Assembly: GCF_009914755.1 (NCBI RefSeq)
Contig: NC_060931.1
Length of the DNA stretch: 64,000 nucleotides
Source: the human T2T-CHM13v2.0 reference genome, Homo sapiens
Direction: 5' to 3' (one strand)
The translations under genes and the position numbers were made by a program. Shown in pieces: positions 11,243 to 26,300 of this stretch. Below the pieces are notes generated by a model. The model was not told the DNA's origin. It did not search any database and worked only from the letters and a program-made list of their open reading frames with translations. Every line of letters starts with the position of its first letter. Position 1 is the first letter of the stretch.

Positions 11243-14200
11243 TTTTTGTGGAGTTTGCAAGTGGAGATTTCAAGCGATTTGATGCCAACAGTAGAAAAGG
11301 AAATATCTTCAAATAAAAACTAGACAGAATCATTCTCAGAAACTACTTTGTGATGTGTGCCTTCAACTCACAGAGTTTAACCTTTCTTTTCTTAGAGCAG
11401 TTTAGAAACACTCTGCTTGTTATGTCTGCAAGTGGATATTTGGACCTCTTTGAGGCCTTCGTTGCAAACGGGGTTTCTTCCTTTCATGCTAGACTAAGAA
11501 GAGTTCTCAGTAACTTTTTTGTGTTGTGTGTATTCAACTCACAGAGTTGAACCTTGCTTTAGAGAGAGCAGATTTGAAACACTCTTGCTGTGGCATTTTC
11601 AGGTGGAGATTTCAAGCGATTTGAGGACAATTGCAGAAAAGGAAATATCTTCGTATAATAACCAGACAGAATCATTCTCAGAAAGTGCTTTGTGATGTGT
11701 GCGTTCAACTCACAGAGTTTAACCTTTCTTTTCATAGAGGAGTTTGGAAACACACTGTTTGTAAAGTCTGCAAGTGGATACATGGACCTGTTTGAGGCCT
11801 TCGTTGGAAACGGGATTTCTTCATTGAATGCTAGACGGAAGAATTCTCAGTAAATTCTTTGTGTTGTGTGCATTCAACTCACAGAGTGGAACGTCCCTTT
11901 AGACAGAGCAGATTTGAAACACTCTTTTTGCGGAATTTGCAAGTGGAGATTTCTAGCCATTTGATGCCAACAGTAGAAAGGGAAATATCTTCAAATAAAA
12001 ACCAGACAGAATCATTCTCAGAAAATTCTTTGTGATGTGTGCGTTCAACTCACATAGTTTAACCTTTCTTTTCATAGAGCAGTTTGGAAACACTCTGTTT
12101 GTAAAGTCTGCAAGTGGATATATGGACCGCATTGAGGCCTTCGTTGGAAACGGGATTTCTTCATTTCATGCTAGACAGAAGAATTCTCAGTAACTTCTTT
12201 GTGCTGTGTGTATTCAGCTCACAGAGTGGAACGTCCCTTTGCACAGAGCAGATTTGAAACACTCTTTTTGTGGAGTTTGCAAGTGGAGATTTCAAGCGAT
12301 TTGATGCCAACAGTAGAAAAGGAATTATCTTCAAATAAAAACTAGACAGAATCATTCTCAGAAACTACTTTGTGATGTGTGCCTTCAACTCACAGAGTTT
12401 AACCTTTCTTTTCTTAGAGCAGTTTAGAAACACTCTGCTTGTTATGTCTGCAAGTGGATATTTGGACCTCTTTGAGGCCTTCGTTGCAAACGGGGTTTCT
12501 TCCTTTCATGCTAGACTAAGAAGAGTTCTCAGTAACTTTTTTGTGTTGTGTGTATTCAACTCACAGAGTTGAACCCTGCTTTAGAGAGAGCAGATTTGAA
12601 ACACTCTTGCTGTGGCATTTTCAGGTGGAGATTTCAAGCGATTTGAGGACAATTGCAGAAAAGGAAATATCTTCGTATAATAACCAGACAGAATCATTCT
12701 CAGAAAGTGCTTTGTGATGTGTGCGTTCAACTCACAGAGTTTAACCTTTCTTTTCATAGAGGAGTTTGGAAACACACTGTTTGTAAAGTCTGCAAGTGGA
12801 TATATGGACCTGTTTGAGGCCTTCGTTGGAAACGGGATTTCTTCATTGAATGCTAGACGGAAGAATTCTCAGTAAATTCTTTGTGTTGTGTGCATTCAAC
12901 TCACAGAGTGGAACGTCCCTTTAGACAGAGCAGATTTGAAACACTCTTTTTGCGGAATTTGCAAGTGGAGATTTCTAGCCATTTGATGCCAACAGTAGAA
13001 AGGGAAATATCTTCAAATAAAAACCAGACAGAATCATTCTCAGAAAATTCTTTGTGATGTGTGCGTTCAACTCACATAGTTTAACCTTTCTTTTCATAGA
13101 GCAGTTTGGAAACACTCTGTTTGTAAAGTCTGCAAGTGGATATATGGACCGCATTGAGGCCTTCGTTGGAAACGGGATTTCTTCATTTCATGCTAGACAG
13201 AAGAATTCTCAGTAACTTCTTTGTGCTGTGTGTATTCAACTCACAGAGTGGAACGTCCCTTTGCACAGAGCAGATTTGAAACACTCTTTTTGTGGAGTTT
13301 GCAAGTGGAGATTTCAAGCGATTTGATGCCAACAGTAGAAAAGGAAATATCTTCAAATAAAAACTAGACAGAATCATTCTCAGAAACTACTTTGTGATGT
13401 GTGCCTTCAACTCACAGAGTTTAACCTTTCTTTTCTTAGAGCAGTTTAGAAACACTCTGCTTGTTATGTCTGCAAGTGGATATTTGGACCTCTTTGAGGC
13501 CTTCGTTGCAAACGGGGTTTCTTCCTTTCATGCTAGACTAAGAAGAGTTCTCAGTAACTTTTTTGTGTTGTGTGTATTCAACTCACAGAGTTGAACCTTG
13601 CTTTAGAGAGAGCAGATTTGAAACACTCTTGCTGTGGCATTTTCAGGTGGAGATTTCAAGCGATTTGAGGACAATTGCAGAAAAGGAAATATCTTCGTAT
13701 AATAACCAGACAGAATCATTCTCAGAAAGTGCTTTGTGATGTGTGCGTTCAACTCACAGAGTTTAACCTTTCTTTTCATAGAGGAGTTTGGAAACACACT
13801 GTTTGTAAAGTCTGCAAGTGGATACATGGACCTGTTTGAGGCCTTCGTTGGAAACGGGATTTCTTCATTGAATGCTAGACGGAAGAATTCTCAGTAAATT
13901 CTTTGTGTTGTGTGCATTCCACTCACAGAGTGGAACGTCCCTTTAGACAGAGCAGATTTGAAACACTCTTTTTGCGGAATTTGCAAGTGGAGATTTCTAG
14001 CCATTTGATGCCAACAGTAGAAAGGGAAATATCTTCAAATAAAAACCAGACAGAATCATTCTCAGAAAATTCTTTGTGATGTGTGCGTTCAACTCACATA
14101 GTTTAACCTTTCTTTTCATAGAGCAGTTTGGAAACACTCTGTTTGTAAAGTCTGCAAGTGGATATATGGACCGCATTGAGGCCTTCGTTGGAAACGGGAT

Positions 14201-17200
14201 TTCTTCATTTCATGCTAGACAGAAGAATTCTCAGTAACTTCTTTGTGCTGTGTGTATTCAGCTCACAGAGTGGAACGTCCCTTTGCACAGAGCAGATTTG
14301 AAACACTCTTTTTGTGGAGTTTGCAAGTGGAGATTTCAAGCGATTTGATGCCAACAGTAGAAAAGGAATTATCTTCAAATAAAAACTAGACAGAATCATT
14401 CTCAGAAACTACTTTGTGATGTGTGCCTTCAACTCACAGAGTTTAACCTTTCTTTTCTTAGAGCAGTTTAGAAACACTCTGCTTGTTATGTCTGCAAGTG
14501 GATATTTGGACCTCTTTGAGGCCTTCGTTGCAAACGGGGTTTCTTCCTTTCATGCTAGACTAAGAAGAGTTCTCAGTAACTTTTTTGTGTTGTGTGTATT
14601 CAACTCACAGAGTTGAACCCTGCTTTAGAGAGAGCAGATTTGAAACACTCTTGCTGTGGCATTTTCAGGTGGAGATTTCAAGCGATTTGAGGACAATTGC
14701 AGAAAAGGAAATATCTTCGTATAATAACCAGACAGAATCATTCTCAGAAAGTGCTTTGTGATGTGTGCGTTCAACTCACAGAGTTTAACCTTTCTTTTCA
14801 TAGAGGAGTTTGGAAACACACTGTTTGTAAAGTCTGCAAGTGGATATATGGACCTGTTTGAGGCCTTCGTTGGAAACGGGATTTCTTCATTGAATGCTAG
14901 ACGGAAGAATTCTCAGTAAATTCTTTGTGTTGTGTGCATTCAACTCACAGAGTGGAACGTCCCTTTAGACAGAGCAGATTTGAAACACTCTTTTTGCGGA
15001 ATTTGCAAGTGGAGATTTCTAGCCATTTGATGCCAACAGTAGAAAGGGAAATATCTTCAAATAAAAACCAGACAGAATCATTCTCAGAAAATTCTTTGTG
15101 ATGTGTGCGTTCAACTCACATAGTTTAACCTTTCTTTTCATAGAGCAGTTTGGAAACACTCTGTTTGTAAAGTCTGCAAGTGGATATATGGACCGCATTG
15201 AGGCCTTCGTTGGAAACGGGATTTCTTCATTTCATGCTAGACAGAAGAATTCTCAGTAACTTCTTTGTGCTGTGTGTATTCAACTCACAGAGTGGAACGT
15301 CCCTTTGCACAGAGCAGATTTGAAACACTCTTTTTGTGGAGTTTGCAAGTGGAGATTTCAAGCGATTTGATGCCAACAGTAGAAAAGGAAATATCTTCAA
15401 ATAAAAACTAGACAGAATCATTCTCAGAAACTACTTTGTGATGTGTGCCTTCAACTCACAGAGTTTAACCTTTCTTTTCTTAGAGCAGTTTAGAAACACT
15501 CTGCTTGTTATGTCTGCAAGTGGATATTTGGACCTCTTTGAGGCCTTCGTTGCAAACGGGGTTTCTTCCTTTCATGCTAGACTAAGAAGAGTTCTCAGTA
15601 ACTTTTTTGTGTTGTGTGTATTCAACTCACAGAGTTGAACCTTGCTTTAGAGAGAGCAGATTTGAAACACTCTTGCTGTGGCATTTTCAGGTGGAGATTT
15701 CAAGCGATTTGAGGACAATTGCAGAAAAGGAAATATCTTCGTATAATAACCAGACAGAATCATTCTCAGAAAGTGCTTTGTGATGTGTGCGTTCAACTCA
15801 CAGAGTTTAACCTTTCTTTTCATAGAGGAGTTTGGAAACACACTGTTTGTAAAGTCTGCAAGTGGATACATGGACCTGTTTGAGGCCTTCGTTGGAAACG
15901 GGATTTCTTCATTGAATGCTAGACGGAAGAATTCTCAGTAAATTCTTTGTGTTGTGTGCATTCCACTCACAGAGTGGAACGTCCCTTTAGACAGAGCAGA
16001 TTTGAAACACTCTTTTTGCGGAATTTGCAAGTGGAGATTTCTAGCCATTTGATGCCAACAGTAGAAAGGGAAATATCTTCAAATAAAAACCAGACAGAAT
16101 CATTCTCAGAAAATTCTTTGTGATGTGTGCGTTCAACTCACATAGTTTAACCTTTCTTTTCATAGAGCAGTTTGGAAACACTCTGTTTGTAAAGTCTGCA
16201 AGTGGATATATGGACCGCATTGAGGCCTTCGTTGGAAACGGGATTTCTTCATTTCATGCTAGACAGAAGAATTCTCAGTAACTTCTTTGTGCTGTGTGTA
16301 TTCAACTCACAGAGTGGAACGTCCCTTTGCACAGAGCAGATTTGAAACACTCTTTTTGTGGAGTTTGCAAGTGGAGATTTCAAGCGATTTGATGCCAACA
16401 GTAGAAAAGGAAATATCTTCAAATAAAAACTAGACAGAATCATTCTCAGAAACTACTTTGTGATGTGTGCCTTCAACTCACAGAGTTTAACCTTTCTTTT
16501 CTTAGAGCAGTTTAGAAACACTCTGCTTGTTATGTCTGCAAGTGGATATTTGGACCTCTTTGAGGCCTTCGTTGCAAACGGGGTTTCTTCCTTTCATGCT
16601 AGACTAAGAAGAGTTCTCAGTAACTTTTTTGTGTTGTGTGTATTCAACTCACAGAGTTGAACCCTGCTTTAGAGAGAGCAGATTTGAAACACTCTTGCTG
16701 TGGCATTTTCAGGTGGAGATTTCAAGCGATTTGAGGACAATTGCAGAAAAGGAAATATCTTCGTATAATAACCAGACAGAATCATTCTCAGAAAGTGCTT
16801 TGTGATGTGTGCGTTCAACTCACAGAGTTTAACCTTTCTTTTCATAGAGGAGTTTGGAAACACACTGTTTGTAAAGTCTGCAAGTGGATATATGGACCTG
16901 TTTGAGGCCTTCGTTGGAAACGGGATTTCTTCATTGAATGCTAGACGGAAGAATTCTCAGTAAATTCTTTGTGTTGTGTGCATTCAACTCACAGAGTGGA
17001 ACGTCCCTTTAGACAGAGCAGATTTGAAACACTCTTTTTGCGGAATTTGCAAGTGGAGATTTCTAGCCATTTGATGCCAACAGTAGAAAGGGAAATATCT
17101 TCAAATAAAAACCAGACAGAATCATTCTCAGAAAATTCTTTGTGATGTGTGCGTTCAACTCACATAGTTTAACCTTTCTTTTCATAGAGCAGTTTGGAAA

Positions 17201-17374
17201 CACTCTGTTTGTAAAGTCTGCAAGTGGATATATGGACCGCATTGAGGCCTTCGTTGGAAACGGGATTTCTTCATTTCATGCTAGACAGAAGAATTCTCAG
17301 TAACTTCTTTGTGCTGTGTGTATTCAACTCACAGAGTGGAACGTCCCTTTGCACAGAGCAGATTTGAAACACTC
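11243..17374 (+). repeat. Run of 2-HOR (2044 bp) super-repeats
   Basis: Shared variants at +2044: 12217/14261, 12325/14369, 12576/14620/16664, 13920/15964, with GATACATGG in alternate units. Confidence 0.85.
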
Positions 17375-20300
17375 TTTTTGTGGAGTTTGCAAGTGGAGAT
17401 TTCAAGCGATTTGATGCCAACAGTAGAAAAGGAAATATCTTCAAATAAAAACTAGACAGAATCATTCTCAGAAACTACTTTGTGATGTGTGCCTTCAACT
17501 CACAGAGTTTAACCTTTCTTTTCTTAGAGCAGTTTAGAAACACTCTGCTTGTTATGTCTGCAAGTGGATATTTGGACCTCTTTGAGGCCTTCGTTGCAAA
17601 CGGGGTTTCTTCCTTTCATGCTAGACTAAGAAGAGTTCTCAGTAACTTTTTTGTGTTGTGTGTATTCAACTCACAGAGTTGAACCTTGCTTTAGAGAGAG
17701 CAGATTTGAAACACTCTTGCTGTGGCATTTTCAGGTGGAGATTTCAAGCGATTTGAGGACAATTGCAGAAAAGGAAATATCTTCGTATAATAACCAGACA
17801 GAATCATTCTCAGAAAGTGCTTTGTGATGTGTGCGTTCAACTCACAGAGTTTAACCTTTCTTTTCATAGAGGAGTTTGGAAACACACTGTTTGTAAAGTC
17901 TGCAAGTGGATACATGGACCTGTTTGAGGCCTTCGTTGGAAACGGGATTTCTTCATTGAATGCTAGACGGAAGAATTCTCAGTAAATTCTTTGTGTTGTG
18001 TGCATTCAACTCACAGAGTGGAACGTCCCTTTAGACAGAGCAGATTTGAAACACTCTTTTTGCGGAATTTGCAAGTGGAGATTTCTAGCCATTTGATGCC
18101 AACAGTAGAAAGGGAAATATCTTCAAATAAAAACCAGACAGAATCATTCTCAGAAAATTCTTTGTGATGTGTGCGTTCAACTCACATAGTTTAACCTTTC
18201 TTTTCATAGAGCAGTTTGGAAACACTCTGTTTGTAAAGTCTGCAAGTGGATATATGGACCGCATTGAGGCCTTCGTTGGAAACGGGATTTCTTCATTTCA
18301 TGCTAGACAGAAGAATTCTCAGTAACTTCTTTGTGCTGTGTGTATTCAACTCACAGAGTGGAACGTCCCTTTGCACAGAGCAGATTTGAAACACTCTTTT
18401 TGTGGAGTTTGCAAGTGGAGATTTCAAGCGATTTGATGCCAACAGTAGAAAAGGAAATATCTTCAAATAAAAACTAGACAGAATCATTCTCAGAAACTAC
18501 TTTGTGATGTGTGCCTTCAACTCACAGAGTTTAACCTTTCTTTTCTTAGAGCAGTTTAGAAACACTCTGCTTGTTATGTCTGCAAGTGGATATTTGGACC
18601 TCTTTGAGGCCTTCGTTGCAAACGGGGTTTCTTCCTTTCATGCTAGACTAAGAAGAGTTCTCAGTAACTTTTTTGTGTTGTGTGTATTCAACTCACAGAG
18701 TTGAACCTTGCTTTAGAGAGAGCAGATTTGAAACACTCTTGCTGTGGCATTTTCAGGTGGAGATTTCAAGCGATTTGAGGACAATTGCAGAAAAGGAAAT
18801 ATCTTCGTATAATAACCAGACAGAATCATTCTCAGAAAGTGCTTTGTGATGTGTGCGTTCAACTCACAGAGTTTAACCTTTCTTTTCATAGAGGAGTTTG
18901 GAAACACACTGTTTGTAAAGTCTGCAAGTGGATATATGGACCTGTTTGAGGCCTTCGTTGGAAACGGGATTTCTTCATTGAATGCTAGACGGAAGAATTC
19001 TCAGTAAATTCTTTGTGTTGTGTGCATTCAACTCACAGAGTGGAACGTCCCTTTAGACAGAGCAGATTTGAAACACTCTTTTTGCGGAATTTGCAAGTGG
19101 AGATTTCTAGCCATTTGATGCCAACAGTAGAAAGGGAAATATCTTCAAATAAAAACCAGACAGAATCATTCTCAGAAAATTCTTTGTGATGTGTGCGTTC
19201 AACTCACATAGTTTAACCTTTCTTTTCATAGAGCAGTTTGGAAACACTCTGTTTGTAAAGTCTGCAAGTGGATATATGGACCGCATTGAGGCCTTCGTTG
19301 GAAACGGGATTTCTTCATTTCATGCTAGACAGAAGAATTCTCAGTAACTTCTTTGTGCTGTGTGTATTCAACTCACAGAGTGGAACGTCCCTTTGCACAG
19401 AGCAGATTTGAAACACTCTTTTTGTGGAGTTTGCAAGTGGAGATTTCAAGCGATTTGATGCCAACAGTAGAAAAGGAAATATCTTCAAATAAAAACTAGA
19501 CAGAATCATTCTCAGAAACTACTTTGTGATGTGTGCCTTCAACTCACAGAGTTTAACCTTTCTTTTCTTAGAGCAGTTTAGAAACACTCTGCTTGTTATG
19601 TCTGCAAGTGGATATTTGGACCTCTTTGAGGCCTTCGTTGCAAACGGGGTTTCTTCCTTTCATGCTAGACTAAGAAGAGTTCTCAGTAACTTTTTTGTGT
19701 TGTGTGTATTCAACTCACAGAGTTGAACCTTGCTTTAGAGACAGCAGATTTGAAACACTCTTGCTGTGGCATTTTCAGGTGGAGATTTCAAGCGATTTGA
19801 GGACAATTGCAGAAAAGGAAATATCTTCGTATAATAACCAGACAGAATCATTCTCAGAAAGTGCTTTGTGATGTGTGCGTTCAACTCACAGAGTTTAACC
19901 TTTCTTTTCATAGAGGAGTTTGGAAACACACTGTTTGTAAAGTCTGCAAGTGGATACATGGACCTGTTTGAGGCCTTCGTTGGAAACGGGATTTCTTCAT
20001 TGAATGCTAGACGGAAGAATTCTCAGTAAATTCTTTGTGTTGTGTGCATTCAACTCACAGAGTGGAACGTCCCTTTAGACAGAGCAGATTTGAAACACTC
20101 TTTTTGCGGAATTTGCAAGTGGAGATTTCTAGCCATTTGATGCCAACAGTAGAAAGGGAAATATCTTCAAATAAAAACCAGACAGAATCATTCTCAGCAA
20201 ATTCTTTGTGATGTGTGCGTTCAACTCACATAGTTTAACCTTTCTTTTCATAGAGCAGTTTGGAAACACTCTGTTTGTAAAGTCTGCAAGTGGATATATG

Positions 20301-23300
20301 GACCGCATTGAGGCCTTCGTTGGAAACGGGATTTCTTCATTTCATGCTAGACAGAAGAATTCTCAGTAACTTCTTTGTGCTGTGTGTATTCAACTCACAG
20401 AGTGGAACGTCCCTTTGCACAGAGCAGATTTGAAACACTCTTTTTGTGGAGTTTGCAAGTGGAGATTTCAAGCGATTTGATGCCAACAGTAGAAAAGGAA
20501 ATATCTTCAAATAAAAACTAGACAGAATCATTCTCAGAAACTACTTTGTGATGTGTGCCTTCAACTCACAGAGTTTAACCTTTCTTTTCTTAGAGCAGTT
20601 TAGAAACACTCTGCTTGTTATGTCTGCAAGTGGATATTTGGACCTCTTTGAGGCCTTTGTTGCAAACGGGGTTTCTTCCTTTCATGCTAGACTAAGAAGA
20701 GTTCTCAGTAACTTTTTTGTGTTGTGTGTATTCAACTCACAGAGTTGAACCTTGCTTTAGAGAGAGCAGATTTGAAACACTCTTGCTGTGGCATTTTCAG
20801 GTGGAGATTTCAAGCGATTTGAGGACAATTGCAGAAAAGGAAATATCTTCGTATAATAACCAGACAGAATCATTCTCAGAAAGTGCTTTGTGATGTGTGC
20901 GTTCAACTCACAGAGTTTAACCTTTCTTTTCATAGAGGAGTTTGGAAACACACTGTTTGTAAAGTCTGCAAGTGGATATATGGACCTGTTTGAGGCCTTC
21001 GTTGGAAACGGGATTTCTTCATTGAATGCTAGACGGAAGAATTCTCAGTAAATTCTTTGTGTTGTGTGCATTCAACTCACAGAGTGGAACGTCCCTTTAG
21101 ACAGAGCAGATTTGAAACACTCTTTCTGCGGAATTTGCAAGTGGAGATTTCTAGCCATTTGATGCCAACAGTAGAAAGGGAAATATCTTCAAATAAAAAC
21201 CAGACAGAATCATTCTCAGAAAATTCTTTGTGATGTGTGCGTTCAACTCACATAGTTTAACCTTTCTTTTCATAGAGCAGTTTGGAAACACTCTGTTTGT
21301 AAAGTCTGCAAGTGGATATATGGACCGCATTGAGGCCTTCGTTGGAAACGGGATTTCTTCATTTCATGCTAGACAGAAGAATTCTCAGTAACTTCTTTGT
21401 GCTGTGTGTATTCAACTCACAGAGTGGAACGTCCCTTTACACAGAGCAGATTTGAAACACTCTTTTTGTGGAGTTTGCAAGTGGAGATTTCAAGCGATTT
21501 GATGCCAACAGTAGAAAAGGAAATATCTTCAAATAAAAACTAGACAGAATCATTCTCAGAAACTACTTTGTGATGTGTGCCTTCAACTCACAGAGTTTAA
21601 CCTTTCTTTTCTTAGAGCAGTTTAGAAACACTCTGCTTGTTATGTCTGCAAGTGGATATTTGGACCTCTTTGAGGCCTTCGTTGCAAACGGGGTTTCTTC
21701 CTTTCATGCTAGACTAAGAAGAGTTCTCAGTAACTTTTTTGTGTTGTGTGTATTCAACTCACAGAGTTGAACCTTGCTTTAGAGAGAGCAGATTTGAAAC
21801 ACTCTTGCTGTGGCATTTTCAGGTGGAGATTTCAAGCGATTTGAGGACAATTGCAGAAAAGGAAATATCTTCGTATAATAACCAGACAGAATCATTCTCA
21901 GAAAGTGCTTTGTGATGTGTGCGTTCAACTCACAGAGTTTAACCTTTCTTTTCATAGAGGAGTTTGGAAACACACTGTTTGTAAAGTCTGCAAGTGGATA
22001 TATGGACCTGTTTGAGGCCTTCGTTGGAAACGGGATTTCTTCATTGAATGCTAGACGGAAGAATTCTCAGTAAATTCTTTGTGTTGTGTGCATTCAACTC
22101 ACAGAGTGGAACGTCCCTTTAGACAGAGCAGATTTGAAACACTCTTTCTGCGGAATTTGCAAGTGGAGATTTCTAGCCATTTGATGCCAACAGTAGAAAG
22201 GGAAATATCTTCAAATAAAAACCAGACAGAATCATTCTCAGAAAATTCTTTGTGATGTGTGCGTTCAACTCACATAGTTTAACCTTTCTTTTCATAGAGC
22301 AGTTTGGAAACACTCTGTTTGTAAAGTCTGCAAGTGGATATATGGACCGCATTGAGGCCTTCGTTGGAAACGGGATTTCTTCATTTCATGCTAGACAGAA
22401 GAATTCTCAGTAACTTCTTTGTGCTGTGTGTATTCAACTCACAGAGTGGAACGTCCCTTTGCACAGAGCAGATTTGAAACACTCTTTTTGTGGAGTTTGC
22501 AAGTGGAGATTTCAAGCGATTTGATGCCAACAGTAGAAAAGGAAATATCTTCAAATAAAAACTAGACAGAATCATTCTCAGAAACTACTTTGTGATGTGT
22601 GCCTTCAACTCACAGAGTTCAACCTTTCTTTTCTTAGAGCAGTTTAGAAACACTCTGCTTGTTATGTCTGCAAGTGGATATTTGGACCTCTTTGAGGCCT
22701 TCGTTGCAAACGGGGTTTCTTCCTTTCATGCTAGACTAAGAAGAGTTCTCAGTAACTTTTTTGTGTTGTGTGTATTCAACTCACAGAGTTGAACCTTGCT
22801 TTAGAGAGAGCAGATTTGAAACACTCTTGCTGTGGCATTTTCAGGTGGAGATTTCAAGCGATTTGAGGACAATTGCAGAAAAGGAAATATCTTCGTATAA
22901 TAACCAGACAGAATCATTCTCAGAAAGTGCTTTGTGATGTGTGCGTTCAACTCACAGAGTTTAACCTTTCTTTTCATAGAGGAGTTTGGAAACACACTGT
23001 TTGTAAAGTCTGCAAGTGGATACATGGACCTGTTTGAGGCCTTCGTTGGAAACGGGATTTCTTCATTGAATGCTAGACGGAAGAATTCTCAGTAAATTCT
23101 TTGTGTTGTGTGCATTCAACTCACAGAGTGGAACGTCCCTTTAGACAGAGCAGATTTGAAACACTCTTTTTGCGGAATTTGCAAGTGGAGATTTCTAGCC
23201 ATTTGATGCCAACAGTAGAAAGGGAAATATCTTCAAATAAAAACCAGACAGAATCATTCTCAGAAAATTCTTTGTGATGTGTGCGTTCAACTCACATAGT

Positions 23301-26300
23301 TTAACCTTTCTTTTCATAGAGCAGTTTGGAAACACTCTGTTTGTAAAGTCTGCAAGTGGATATATGGACCGCATTGAGGCCTTCGTTGGAAACGGGATTT
23401 CTTCATTTCATGCTAGACAGAAGAATTCTCAGTAACTTCTTTGTGCTGTGTGTATTCAACTCACAGAGTGGAACGTCCCTTTGCACAGAGCAGATTTGAA
23501 ACACTCTTTTTGTGGAGTTTGCAAGTGGAGATTTCAAGCGATTTGATGCCAACAGTAGAAAAGGAAATATCTTCAAATAAAAACTAGACAGAATCATTCT
23601 CAGAAACTACTTTGTGATGTGTGCCTTCAACTCACAGAGTTTAACCTTTCTTTTCTTAGAGCAGTTTAGAAACACTCTGCTTGTTATGTCTGCAAGTGGA
23701 TATTTGGACCTCTTTGAGGCCTTCGTTGCAAACGGGGTTTCTTCCTTTCATGCTAGACTAAGAAGAGTTCTCAGTAACTTTTTTGTGTTGTGTGTATTCA
23801 ACTCACAGAGTTGAACCTTGCTTTAGAGAGAGCAGATTTGAAACACTCTTGCTGTGGCATTTTCAGGTGGAGATTTCAAGCGATTTGAGGACAATTGCAG
23901 AAAAGGAAATATCTTCGTATAATAACCAGACAGAATCATTCTCAGAAAGTGCTTTGTGATGTGTGCGTTCAACTCACAGAGTTTAACCTTTCTTTTCATA
24001 GAGGAGTTTGGAAACACACTGTTTGTAAAGTCTGCAAGTGGATATATGGACCTGTTTGAGGCCTTCGTTGGAAACGGGATTTCTTCATTGAATGCTAGAC
24101 GGAAGAATTCTCAGTAAATTCTTTGTGTTGTGTGCATTCAACTCACAGAGTGGAACGTCCCTTTAGACAGAGCAGATTTGAAACACTCTTTCTGCGGAAT
24201 TTGCAAGTGGAGATTTCTAGCCATTTGATGCCAACAGTAGAAAGGGAAATATCTTCAAATAAAAACCAGACAGAATCATTCTCAGAAAATTCTTTGTGAT
24301 GTGTGCGTTCAACTCACATAGTTTAACCTTTCTTTTCATAGAGCAGTTTGGAAACACTCTGTTTGTAAAGTCTGCAAGTGGATATATGGACCGCATTGAG
24401 GCCTTCGTTGGAAACGGGATTTCTTCATTTCATGCTAGACAGAAGAATTCTCAGTAACTTCTTTGTGCTGTGTGTATTCAACTCACAGAGTGGAACGTCC
24501 CTTTGCACAGAGCAGATTTGAAACACTCTTTTTGTGGAGTTTGCAAGTGGAGATTTCAAGCGATTTGATGCCAACAGTAGAAAAGGAAATATCTTCAAAT
24601 AAAAACTAGACAGAATCATTCTCAGAAACTACTTTGTGATGTGTGCCTTCAACTCACAGAGTTTAACCTTTCTTTTCTTAGAGCAGTTTAGAAACACTCT
24701 GCTTGTTATGTCTGCAAGTGGATATTTGGACCTCTTTGAGGCCTTCGTTGCAAACGGGGTTTCTTCCTTTCATGCTAGACTAAGAAGAGTTCTCAGTAAC
24801 TTTTTTGTGTTGTGTGTATTCAACTCACAGAGTTGAACCTTGCTTTAGAGAGAGCAGATTTGAAACACTCTTGCTGTGGCATTTTCAGGTGGAGATTTCA
24901 AGCGATTTGAGGACAATTGCAGAAAAGGAAATATCTTCGTATAATAACCAGACAGAATCATTCTCAGAAAGTGCTTTGTGATGTGTGCGTTCAACTCACA
25001 GAGTTTAACCTTTCTTTTCATAGAGGAGTTTGGAAACACACTGTTTGTAAAGTCTGCAAGTGGATACATGGACCTGTTTGAGGCCTTCGTTGGAAACGGG
25101 ATTTCTTCATTGAATGCTAGACGGAAGAATTCTCAGTAAATTCTTTGTGTTGTGTGCATTCAACTCACAGAGTGGAACGTCCCTTTAGACAGAGCAGATT
25201 TGAAACACTCTTTTTGCGGAATTTGCAAGTGGAGATTTCTAGCCATTTGATGCCAACAGTAGAAAGGGAAATATCTTCAAATAAAAACCAGACAGAATCA
25301 TTCTCAGAAAATTCTTTGTGATGTGTGCGTTCAACTCACATAGTTTAACCTTTCTTTTCATAGAGCAGTTTGGAAACACTCTGTTTGTAAAGTCTGCAAG
25401 TGGATATATGGACCGCATTGAGGCCTTCGTTGGAAACGGGATTTCTTCATTTCATGCTAGACAGAAGAATTCTCAGTAACTTCTTTGTGCTGTGTGTATT
25501 CAACTCACAGAGTGGAACGTCCCTTTGCACAGAGCAGATTTGAAACACTCTTTTTGTGGAGTTTGCAAGTGGAGATTTCAAGCGATTTGATGCCAACAGT
25601 AGAAAAGGAATTATCTTCAAATAAAAACTAGACAGAATCATTCTCAGAAACTACTTTGTGATGTGTGCCTTCAACTCACAGAGTTTAACCTTTCTTTTCT
25701 TAGAGCAGTTTAGAAACACTCTGCTTGTTATGTCTGCAAGTGGATATTTGGACCTCTTTGAGGCCTTCGTTGCAAACGGGGTTTCTTCCTTTCATGCTAG
25801 ACTAAGAAGAGTTCTCAGTAACTTTTTTGTGTTGTGTGTATTCAACTCACAGAGTTGAACCCTGCTTTAGAGAGAGCAGATTTGAAACACTCTTGCTGTG
25901 GCATTTTCAGGTGGAGATTTCAAGCGATTTGAGGACAATTGCAGAAAAGGAAATATCTTCGTATAATAACCAGACAGAATCATTCTCAGAAAGTGCTTTG
26001 TGATGTGTGCGTTCAACTCACAGAGTTTAACCTTTCTTTTCATAGAGGAGTTTGGAAACACACTGTTTGTAAAGTCTGCAAGTGGATATATGGACCTGTT
26101 TGAGGCCTTCGTTGGAAACGGGATTTCTTCATTGAATGCTAGACGGAAGAATTCTCAGTAAATTCTTTGTGTTGTGTGCATTCAACTCACAGAGTGGAAC
26201 GTCCCTTTAGACAGAGCAGATTTGAAACACTCTTTTTGCGGAATTTGCAAGTGGAGATTTCTAGCCATTTGATGCCAACAGTAGAAAGGGAAATATCTTC